Shown piece after piece: positions 17,827 to 25,856 of a DNA stretch of 64,000 nt. Origin of the DNA: Deltaproteobacteria bacterium (GTDB lineage: Bacteria; Myxococcota; Kuafuiibacteriia; Kuafuiibacteriales; Kuafuiibacteriaceae); NCBI GenBank assembly GCA_040218735.1, contig JAVJQW010000058.1, forward strand, positions 82,525 through 146,524, given 5' to 3'. Below the pieces are notes generated by a model. It saw only the letters and a program-made list of their open reading frames with translations, ran no database searches and was not told the origin of the DNA. Every line of letters starts with the position of its first letter. Position 1 is the stretch's first letter. The position numbers were made by a program, and so were the translations under genes.

Positions 17827-18774
17827 TCATTCTGCGACATAAGCCAGCGTCCGGTCGCCCACGGTCAGGTCCACACGAAGGTGTCGCGGCTCGTCCTCGT
17901 CGCGGGCGAGGCGGAAGTGCAGGACGAGCTCTTCACCTTCCCGAACGGGCCGCGGCGCGAACGCGAAGTAGCTCTGGGACCAATGGGTCTCCGCGAAGTC
18001 GCTGGACGTGTCGAGCACCACACCCTCGGCGAGGGTCGCGACGAACGATCCGACGAAGCCGGAGAGCACACCGTCGCGCATCACCGTGTAGCGCACCGTA
18101 TCCTCGACGAAGGGATCGTCGGCGCTGGCGGTCGCCAGGTCGAGCGCGACGAGCGTCGCGGGGTCGGCGAGACGTGCCGCCGGCTCCACGCGGAGCTGCT
18201 GGACGCGGCCCTGCTCCAGCTCCTTGTCCTCGAGTGACGACATGTCGAGGCCGTGCACCGGTGTGCGCCAGAACCCGGGGCCGTCGTGGCCGTAGAGGAC
18301 GGGGTCGTCGACCGGCGCGAGCTGAAGCGCGACGCGGCTGGGGAGCATCTGCCCGCCCTCCGCGAGGTTGTTGTCGCGCGCGACGAGGACATCGTCGAGC
18401 ATCCCTTCGACGAAGGCGAGGTGCCCGAGCCACTCGCTGACGAGGACGTTGGCCTTCTCGGGCAGCTCGAGCTCGGCGGCCGGGCCCTGGAGCACCTTCA
18501 CGCGATCGGTCAGCCCGTTGGCCTTCACCAGGTTCGCGGCGGTCTTGGCGATGTCCGCCTGGTCGATGGCGTACACCTGCCGCGCGCCGGCCCGCGCGGC
18601 GAGCATGGCGAGGATGCCGGTGCCCGTGCCGACGTCGAGGACCACGTCTTCGGGCTTCACGACGGCGCGGATGGCCTTGGCGAACGCATCCGTCCGCCTC
18701 CGGTCCGCCACCATGCGACGCTGCAGCTCGAGATCGCCGTAGCGCGAGAAGTAGTACTCCACGTCCGCCGGCAT
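17827..18774 (-). CDS. Protein arginine N-methyltransferase-like (PRMT1/type I-like)
   Basis: YYFSRY, MVADRRRT, VLDVGTGTGIL, SEWLG...EGML double-E loop, VHGLDMS, THWSQ loop. Confidence 0.9.
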   Translation of the reverse strand: MPADVEYYFSRYGDLELQRRMVADRRRTDAFAKAIRAVVKPEDVVLDVGTGTGILAMLAARAGARQVYAIDQADIAKTAANLVKANGLTDRVKVLQGPAAELELPEKANVLVSEWLGHLAFVEGMLDDVLVARDNNLAEGGQMLPSRVALQLAPVDDPVLYGHDGPGFWRTPVHGLDMSSLEDKELEQGRVQQLRVEPAARLADPATLVALDLATASADDPFVEDTVRYTVMRDGVLSGFVGSFVATLAEGVVLDTSSDFAETHWSQSYFAFAPRPVREGEELVLHFRLARDEDEPRHLRVDLTVGDRTLAYVAE

Positions 18775-18817
18775 ACGTGTTGATCTCGCGGCGAGCAAAG
18801 ACTATTCGCGGACACGC

Positions 18818-20419
18818 ATGAAGCGCCTGGTGTTGGTCGGTGGACTGTCTTGCCTGATCGCGTGTGGAGCGTCGCCGTCGAGCAGCGATCCCGCGGCGCC
18901 GCCGGTGGCGACCAGCTCGGTGAGCGCGGCGCCCCCGCCCTCCCCCGAAGTGAACGCGGAGCCGGCGGCCGATCCGAAGACCGCGCACGTCCCGGTGATC
19001 GCGCTGTCCGACTTCCACGGTTGGCTGCTCCCGCTCGAGCCGAAGGGGTACCCGCGGTACTTCGGCGGCGTCGCGAACCTCGCCGGGATGCTCCAGCACA
19101 AGGAGAAGCTCGCGAAGGGTGACGCGATCATCCTCGACAACGGCGACATGTGGACGGGCCCGACGGAGTCCACGCTCCTCCGCGGCGAGTCGGTCATCCA
19201 GGCGTACAACGAGATCGGCTTCACCGCGGCGAACGTCGCGAACCACGAGTTCGACTTCGGACTGGAGATCCTCCGGGCGCGCGTGAGCGAGGCGAAGTTC
19301 CCGTTCCTCGGCGCGAACATTGTCAAGGCCGGCACCACCGAGTCGCCTGACTTCGTGAAGCCGTTCACGATCGTCGAACGCGACGGCGTGAAGGTGGGGG
19401 TGCTCGGGTTGAGCTACGTCGGGACCCCGAAGACGACGCTCGCGAAACACGTCAAGGACCTCGAGTTCAAGGGCTACAAGGAGACGCTGGAGGCGTTCGT
19501 GCCCAAGGTGCGCGCCGCCGGCGCGAACGCCGTCGTGGTGCTCTTCCACGACGACGCGTCGATCGCGAAGGGCGTCCTCGAGTCGATGCCCGACCTGAAG
19601 GTCGCCGCTGTCGTCGCCGGCCAGAACCACCGCAAGGAGCAGTACACCGTGCGCGGGATCCCGATCGTGAACCCGGGGCCGTTCGGTCGCAGCTACGTGC
19701 GTTTCGACCTCGCGATCGACCGCGGCTCCAAGCAGCTCACGGGCGTGAAGCACGAGATCGTCGACATCACCGGTGACGTCGGCGCGCCGCCCTATCCGCC
19801 GTCGCCGGCGCTCTTGGCGATCGCCGAGGCCGCGCGCCAGAAGGCGACGCGCGGGATCTCCGAGCGTGACCTCGGGCGCCTGTCGCAGCCGCTCCCGGTG
19901 GGGACGTTCGCGAGCTCGCCGCTCGGCAACTTCGTCGTCGACAGCTGGCTCACCGCCATCCCGGACGCCGACTTCGCGATGCTCAACCACGGCGCGCTCC
20001 GCCAGCCGCTCGGCAAGGGTGCCGTCACGGTGGGCGATCTGCTGAGCGTCATGCCCTTCGAGAACAACCTCTACGTCGTGACGCTGACCGGCGAGCAGCT
20101 CGCGTCGCAGCTCGCGATCGACGGCCCGATCGTCGGCGGCATGACGTGGAGCTACCGCGAGCGGAACGACCGACGCACCGTCGTCTCGATGATCGACCAG
20201 CGCGGCAAGAAGATCCGCCGCAACAAGAAGTACCGGATCGTCATCCTCGACTTCATGTACACGGGCGGCGATGGCTTTCAGTTCAAAGAGCTCGACACCG
20301 CGCCGATCGACAGCGGGCTGTCGTGGCGCGAGCCGGTGATGCGCACGCTCCGCACGGCCGAGGCCACGCGCCGCGAGGTGAAGGTTCGCACCGGCGCTCG
20401 CGCGCGACGCGTGCGCTGA
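18818..20419 (+). CDS. 5'-nucleotidase / metallophosphoesterase lipoprotein
   Basis: Lipobox LIAC; SDFHG, DNGD, ANHEFDFG, NHGALR, MPFEN, GGDGF. Confidence 0.92.
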   Translation: MKRLVLVGGLSCLIACGASPSSSDPAAPPVATSSVSAAPPPSPEVNAEPAADPKTAHVPVIALSDFHGWLLPLEPKGYPRYFGGVANLAGMLQHKEKLAKGDAIILDNGDMWTGPTESTLLRGESVIQAYNEIGFTAANVANHEFDFGLEILRARVSEAKFPFLGANIVKAGTTESPDFVKPFTIVERDGVKVGVLGLSYVGTPKTTLAKHVKDLEFKGYKETLEAFVPKVRAAGANAVVVLFHDDASIAKGVLESMPDLKVAAVVAGQNHRKEQYTVRGIPIVNPGPFGRSYVRFDLAIDRGSKQLTGVKHEIVDITGDVGAPPYPPSPALLAIAEAARQKATRGISERDLGRLSQPLPVGTFASSPLGNFVVDSWLTAIPDADFAMLNHGALRQPLGKGAVTVGDLLSVMPFENNLYVVTLTGEQLASQLAIDGPIVGGMTWSYRERNDRRTVVSMIDQRGKKIRRNKKYRIVILDFMYTGGDGFQFKELDTAPIDSGLSWREPVMRTLRTAEATRREVKVRTGARARRVR

Positions 20420-20583
20420 GCTCGCGTCGGCGGCTGCGCCTCTCCCCCGCCGCGCCCGCGCGCGCATCACGCCGCGCTGTCATCCCCTCCGGCCGGATGG
20501 CACCACCGGTGAAGAGACAACTCGACGGATGCGTCGCGACGGACGCGGGCGCACACGCGCGGTTCGGTTGTCGAGGCGGGCGC

Positions 20584-21246
20584 TCAGCAGCGCCGGTAGA
20601 CGCCGCAGACGATCCCGAGGATCGAGGTCGATCGGAAGTCCTTCTTGTGGACCACGATCGGCTCCATCGACGCGTTCTCGGGGACGAAGTGAATCGAGTC
20701 GCCCTTGGGGACGTACCGCTTCACCGTCGCTTCGCCGTCGATCATCGCGACGACGATGTCGTTCGTGCGCGCCTCGATCTGCTTGCGCACGAATATGTAG
20801 TCCCCATCGAGGATGCCGGCTTCGATCATCGAGTCGCCGGTCACGCGGAGCGCGAAGACCTTCGCGCCGCGTTGGTCGCCGAGGAAGAAGCTGTCGACCC
20901 GGACGGTCTGCTCGGCTTGCTCGTCCGCGAGGATCGGCGAGCCGGCGGCGACGCGGCCGAGCAGGGGAATCTCGATGGTGTCACTGTTCGCGGGGATCAG
21001 GGTCGACACCACATCGCTCTTGACTGGGCTCGGCATGTGGACCGGACGGAGGGCGCGCGACTTCAGGCCCTCCCGGACCAGGTAACCCTTGCGCTCGAGC
21101 GCCTTGAGGTGATCGTTCACCCCGTTCGTGGACTTGATCCCCATCTCCTCGCCGATCTCCCGGATCGTGGGCGGGTACCCCTGCTCCTGGATACGCTTCG
21201 TAATGAAGTCGAGGATTTGGCGCTGTCGCTCCGTCAGGCCCTGCAT
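20584..21246 (-). CDS. lexA: SOS repressor LexA
   Basis: [22 protein letters not shown] cleavage site, GDSM, EATVK. Confidence 0.97.
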   Translation of the reverse strand: MQGLTERQRQILDFITKRIQEQGYPPTIREIGEEMGIKSTNGVNDHLKALERKGYLVREGLKSRALRPVHMPSPVKSDVVSTLIPANSDTIEIPLLGRVAAGSPILADEQAEQTVRVDSFFLGDQRGAKVFALRVTGDSMIEAGILDGDYIFVRKQIEARTNDIVVAMIDGEATVKRYVPKGDSIHFVPENASMEPIVVHKKDFRSTSILGIVCGVYRRC

Positions 21247-21262
21247 CGCGCTCCGGACTCTA

Positions 21263-21279
21263 GCTGAACACCTGTGTAC
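21263..21279 (-). promoter_or_regulatory. Myxobacterial-type LexA box upstream of lexA
   Basis: Minus strand GTACACAGGTGTTCAGC matches the recalled M. xanthus consensus CTRHAMRYBYGTTCAGS at 15/17. Confidence 0.7.
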
Positions 21280-21370
21280 ACGCAACATTTGGACACCGAT
21301 TTTCGTTGCGCGCGCTGGGGCCGCCTTTTCCCGTTCTCATGACGCAGGTGGTCGTGCGTAAGATGGTGGC

Positions 21371-21778
21371 TTGGCCAGGCCTCCGAGAGACGAAGACGCA
21401 CCGCCCGAGGTGAAGAAGGTTCGCACGCCCCACGGCACGCGCGTCGCGCGCGCGATCGTGTGCTCGGCGTGCGGTGCGAAGGACACCGTTCACTTCACCC
21501 CGCGCGAAGTCGAGCGGGCGCTCTGTCGTCGGTGCGCCGCCGAGCTGTTGGGCGTCGTGGATCGCGACGCGAACATCCGTCCCGAAAAAGCAATGACGTG
21601 CACCGACTGCGGTCGCGTCGAGATGGCGTTCTGGCGCGGTGACGATCCGTTCCTTTGTCGAGACTGTCGGCAAGGCATCTACTCGAACCAGCAAACACGA
21701 ACGAAGAAGGCCGACCGCGTCGCGGGTGGCAAGGTGCTCCGCGTTCGTCGGCGCGCACCCGAAGAAGACGAAGACTGA
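21371..21778 (+). CDS. Double zinc-ribbon (CxxC-x17-CxxC-like) protein
   Basis: CSAC...CRRC and CTDC...CRDC. Confidence 0.75.
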   Translation: MARPPRDEDAPPEVKKVRTPHGTRVARAIVCSACGAKDTVHFTPREVERALCRRCAAELLGVVDRDANIRPEKAMTCTDCGRVEMAFWRGDDPFLCRDCRQGIYSNQQTRTKKADRVAGGKVLRVRRRAPEEDED

Positions 21779-21913
21779 GCCGCTTCGAAAAGTTCGAATT
21801 TCGGACGAACGCGTTCGGATTTCGAACTTCGTCCGAATTCCATTCGAACGAATGAGCGTTCGCGTTGGCGTGCGCGGTTGGATCGGATCTTGTTCTGCGA
21901 ACCGGCGCGTCGA

Positions 21914-23287
21914 TCAGCCGCGATAGTCGGACGGGTCGACCTGCAGTTGCTTGAGCCAGCGATGAACCTGCATCCGCGAGTAACCCATCGAGCGCGCGAC
22001 GGCGCTGACGTTCCCGCCGTGCGCGGTGAGCAGTCGCACCAGCTCGCGATGGCGGGACGCATCACTCGAACCCTGGCGCGGCGTCTCCTTCGCGCGGGGT
22101 GGCTCGTAGTTGCGCACCTCTTCGGGGAGGTGCTTGAGCTCGATCCGGTCGCCGTCGCACAGCGCGATGGCGGTTTCGACCGCCTTCTCGAGCTCGCGAA
22201 TGTTGAGCGGCCACGCGTACACGAGCAGCGCGCGGTAGGCGGCGGGGGAGAACGTGAGATCGTCCGCGTCGAAGCGCGCGAGGAACCGCCCGATCAGCAG
22301 TCCGATGTCCTCGACACGTTCGACGAGCGTCGGGATCTCGAGGCTCGTCCCTTTGAGGCGCGCGTAGAGATCGGACCGGAATCGGCCGCTCTGGACCATC
22401 TCGTCGAGGTCTTGATGGGTGGCGCAGATGAACCGCACGTCCACCTTGACCGGTGCGTCGCCGCCGACCGGGACGACCTCGGACTCTTGCAACACCCGCA
22501 GCAAGCTGACTTGCACCTCGAGCGGCATGTCGCCGATTTCGTCGAGGAGCAGCGTGCCTTGATCGGCGGCGCGGATCTGTCCGATGCGCGAGCGATCGGC
22601 CATCGAGTGCGCGCCCTTTTCGACGCCGAACAACTCGGAGGCGACGAGGTTCTGTTGCACGGCGGCCGTGTTGATCGCGAGGAATGGGCCGGTGCGCTTC
22701 GAGCCGTCGTGCAGCTCGCGCGCGAGGACTTCCTTACCGGTGCCGGTGGCGCCGAGCAGCATCACCGGAACGCGCGTGCGTGCGACGCGACGAAGGCGCT
22801 TCGCGACGCTGACGAACGGCGGGTACATCGAACCGAGCACACCCTCCTGCGGTGGCTCGAGCGCGAAGGAGTCCGACACGACCATCGACCGGAACAGCCA
22901 GAACGTGCTGCCGGTCTCGAAGATGTCGCCGTCGGCGAGCGGCGCGGACGATCGGCGCACGCCCCACATGAGTGTGCCGTTGCTCGATCCGATGTCCGCG
23001 AGCTGCCAACCTTCGTCGGTCTTCTCGAGGACGGCGTGCTCGCCCGACATCCATCGGTCGCGAACTTCGATGCGGTCCGTCGCGTCGACGGGTTCTTCGT
23101 CGCGACGTCCGAGCAACACACGTCGTCGTTCATCGAGCGCGAAGACTTCGGGGAGTGCGAGCGGATCGGCGGCCGTGCCGATCCGGACGAGCCAAGTTCG
23201 CGGTTTCTTCGCCTCTTCTTGGGCGCTCTGTTCTTCCTCGATGCGCTCGGTGCGCGATCGGCGTCCGTCGTCGGCCAACGCCTGCAC
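21914..23287 (-). CDS. FHA-domain sigma54-dependent Fis-family activator
   Basis: FHA (GR..MSGEHA..DIGSSNGT); GATGTGKE, ELFG, LLDEIG, FRSDLYARL, WPLNIRE; C-terminal HTH. Confidence 0.93.
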   Translation of the reverse strand: MQALADDGRRSRTERIEEEQSAQEEAKKPRTWLVRIGTAADPLALPEVFALDERRRVLLGRRDEEPVDATDRIEVRDRWMSGEHAVLEKTDEGWQLADIGSSNGTLMWGVRRSSAPLADGDIFETGSTFWLFRSMVVSDSFALEPPQEGVLGSMYPPFVSVAKRLRRVARTRVPVMLLGATGTGKEVLARELHDGSKRTGPFLAINTAAVQQNLVASELFGVEKGAHSMADRSRIGQIRAADQGTLLLDEIGDMPLEVQVSLLRVLQESEVVPVGGDAPVKVDVRFICATHQDLDEMVQSGRFRSDLYARLKGTSLEIPTLVERVEDIGLLIGRFLARFDADDLTFSPAAYRALLVYAWPLNIRELEKAVETAIALCDGDRIELKHLPEEVRNYEPPRAKETPRQGSSDASRHRELVRLLTAHGGNVSAVARSMGYSRMQVHRWLKQLQVDPSDYRG

Positions 23288-23409
23288 TGTTCTTCGAATT
23301 CAGACTGCGTTTCAAGTGTGATGTTGTCGGCGTCACGTGATGATGAGCCGCGGCGCCGGCTCGTCGAACATGTGACGCTCTGTGTGTTGCGTATGCTTGG
23401 CCGAAGAGT

Positions 23410-23425
23410 TGGTATGCGGATGGCA
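23410..23425 (+). promoter_or_regulatory. Putative sigma54 -24/-12 promoter
   Basis: TGGTATGCGGATGGCA (GG-N10-GC), divergent from the activator gene. Confidence 0.55.
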
Positions 23426-23502
23426 ATCATTAGAGCTCCCGGGCTGGGCGTTTGGTGGTTTGCACGACCGAACGCGGTTAAGGTCCGAACAGGAGTCATG
23501 GC

Positions 23503-24771
23503 ATGTTGATTCAGACCCTCCTCGTCACCGCTGCGATGGCCACGAGCGCCGCGCCCTCGACGCGCGTTGCGGTGCTCCTCGACGACGCTGCGGCCGGTCA
23601 GCCCGCGACCGCCGCGATCGAAGCCAAGCTCCAGAAGCTGGGCTACGAGGTCGTCGCCGCGAGTGTATCCGAGCGTATGCGTAAGGTCGTCGCGCCCCAG
23701 GACCTCCTGAAGAACCGCCTCCCGGAGGGACTATCAGTGTTCGAGGCGGACGCGGTCATCGCGGGCGCCGCCACGTACGGCAAGCCGGAGGCGGTGGACG
23801 TCGTGAAGAGCGTGCAGGTCTCGTTGACGGTCCGTCTCATCGATCTCGGCACGGGGCAGTCCGAGGCGACGCTCCGCGCGGGCGGTGTCGGGCTCGGCGC
23901 CGGTGGGCCGAACTTGCTCGCGTCGGGTGCGGAGCAGGCGGTCGAGATCCTCTTCGGTAAGAACGGACTGGAGAAGGCGCTTCAGAAGGTCGGGCAGACG
24001 GCAGGGGCGGTGACCCTCGTCGTGCAGAACATCCCCAACCGCAACGTGCTCGTCGAGCTCAAGACGGGCCTGGAAGAAGCGCTCGCCGGCGCGCCGGTCA
24101 AAGAGATCTACTTCGCGAAGGGCCTCGGGAAGCTCGTGCTCGGCGGGAGCAAGTCGGACTCGTCGATGGTCGGTCCGGACATCGCGGACCTGATCGCGCA
24201 GAAGAAGGGCCTCGCGCTCGCCGTCGACGAGGTTGCGAACACACGCATCGTCGCGCGCTACGATCGCTCGCGCACGGTTCACGTGCACGCGCTGGTGATG
24301 GAGCCGAAGCTCACGCGCAGCAACAAGAAGCGCGCGACGGAGCTCGGGCGCTACCTCGCGACGCAGATGGCGACGTTCGAATTTGCGCGCGCCTCGTACA
24401 TGCCGGGGCGGATGTCTCGGAAGCGCGCCGTGCGCGAAGCCAAGAAGATCGGCGCGGGCGTCGTCGTGGAGGCGGATCTGCTCGGCAAGGGCAAGAAGGC
24501 CGCGATGTCGATTCGTATCATCGACGTCGCGACTGGTCGCCCGATCCACCGCGGTCAGCAGATCGTCGGGCAGGACGGTGACTTCGCCGCCGCGGACACG
24601 TTGGTCTCGGCGCTGAAGACGGACCTCCCCGAGAAGCTCGCGGTCCTGCAGCCGAAGAAGAGCGCGAAGTCGCGGCCGTCCGAGGCGACCGCGGCGAAGA
24701 CGCCGCCTGTCGAACCCATCAAGAAGGCCCCCGCGCCGTCGAAGCCGGACGGGGCCGAGGATCTCAAGTGA
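23503..24771 (+). CDS. Secreted protein with CsgG/FlgT-like alpha/beta domains
   Basis: Signal peptide; VRLIDLGTG and IRIIDVATG motifs. Confidence 0.7.
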   Translation: MLIQTLLVTAAMATSAAPSTRVAVLLDDAAAGQPATAAIEAKLQKLGYEVVAASVSERMRKVVAPQDLLKNRLPEGLSVFEADAVIAGAATYGKPEAVDVVKSVQVSLTVRLIDLGTGQSEATLRAGGVGLGAGGPNLLASGAEQAVEILFGKNGLEKALQKVGQTAGAVTLVVQNIPNRNVLVELKTGLEEALAGAPVKEIYFAKGLGKLVLGGSKSDSSMVGPDIADLIAQKKGLALAVDEVANTRIVARYDRSRTVHVHALVMEPKLTRSNKKRATELGRYLATQMATFEFARASYMPGRMSRKRAVREAKKIGAGVVVEADLLGKGKKAAMSIRIIDVATGRPIHRGQQIVGQDGDFAAADTLVSALKTDLPEKLAVLQPKKSAKSRPSEATAAKTPPVEPIKKAPAPSKPDGAEDLK

Positions 24772-25823
24772 GCACGACGTTGATCATCGCGGCCGCGCTG
24801 GCCGCTCAGTCGGGGGAGCCGGTTCCGCTGACGCCGCCCGAGCTGACGACCAAGACGCGGATCGCCATCATGTCGATCCAAGCCAGCGGCGTCCCCGCGG
24901 AGTACGCGGAGGGGCTGACGGAGACCGTCGCGACCACGGTGCAGGAGACCGGGGTGTTCGAGACGCTCTCGCCGCGTCAGCTCTCGTCGCTGCTCGCGTA
25001 CGAGAAGCGCAAGGAGCTCCTCGGCGGGTGCGTCCAGGAGGCTTGTTACGTTCAGATCGCGAAGACCGTGAAGGCGGACCACTTGCTCGCAGGGAGCGTG
25101 GCGCGTGTCGGCAACAAGCTGACGCTGAACCTCGTGTTGATCGACGCCGCGCAGGGCAAGGCGCTCAAGCGGACCAATCGGGAGTCGGACGGTGCGTCGA
25201 CGTTGCTCGACGACTCGCGCTCGGCCGCGATCGTCCTGCTCCAGCCGATCCTCAACGCGCGGCGCGGATACTTGAAGGTCGCGGTCAACGTGCCGGACGC
25301 TTCGATCGTCGTGGACGACGAGCAGCGGCACGAAGGGGTCGGCCAAGTCATCGCGTTGGCGGCCGGCCCGCACGTCCTCAAGGTGAAGCGCGATGGCTTC
25401 TACGCGACGAGCGCGGACGTCTTCGTTCGGCCGGGTCGCGTGTCCTCCGAGGACGTGAAGTTGATTCCGGCACGCGAGACGATCGAGGACTACGAGTCCG
25501 GCGCGGACCTGATGCGCTGGGGGGCCTACGGCACGGCGGTCATCGGTGTCGGCGCCGCGGTCGCGAGCGGCATCTTCTTCTCGCGAGCGTCGGACGACAA
25601 AGCGTTCGTGGATCGTTACACCACGGCCCTCGCGGCGGACCGTCAGTTCATCGCCACGCCCGAGGAGGCGCAGGTGCGGTCCGACAGCTTCCACACCAAC
25701 CAGGCGCTCTACCTCTCCCTGCTCGGCGCCGCGGTTGTCTCCGGCGGGGTCTCACTCGTGCTCTGGATCGTCGGCGACGACCCGGATCGCTACGAGGAGT
25801 TCCACAGCCTCACCGGCATGTGA
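24768..25823 (+). CDS. PEGA domain protein
   Basis: GC...AC..QI N-domain; VNVPDASIVVD..LAAGPHVLKVKRDGF PEGA; C-terminal hydrophobic segments. Confidence 0.85.
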   Translation: MSTTLIIAAALAAQSGEPVPLTPPELTTKTRIAIMSIQASGVPAEYAEGLTETVATTVQETGVFETLSPRQLSSLLAYEKRKELLGGCVQEACYVQIAKTVKADHLLAGSVARVGNKLTLNLVLIDAAQGKALKRTNRESDGASTLLDDSRSAAIVLLQPILNARRGYLKVAVNVPDASIVVDDEQRHEGVGQVIALAAGPHVLKVKRDGFYATSADVFVRPGRVSSEDVKLIPARETIEDYESGADLMRWGAYGTAVIGVGAAVASGIFFSRASDDKAFVDRYTTALAADRQFIATPEEAQVRSDSFHTNQALYLSLLGAAVVSGGVSLVLWIVGDDPDRYEEFHSLTGM

Positions 25824-25856
25824 TCACCCGCCCGTCCTTCCGACCCCGCCAGGTTT

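Noticed and set aside
17827-18774. PrmA (L11 lysine methyltransferase)
   Set aside because: No PrmA N-domain or FGTGxH motif; has PRMT double-E and THW loops
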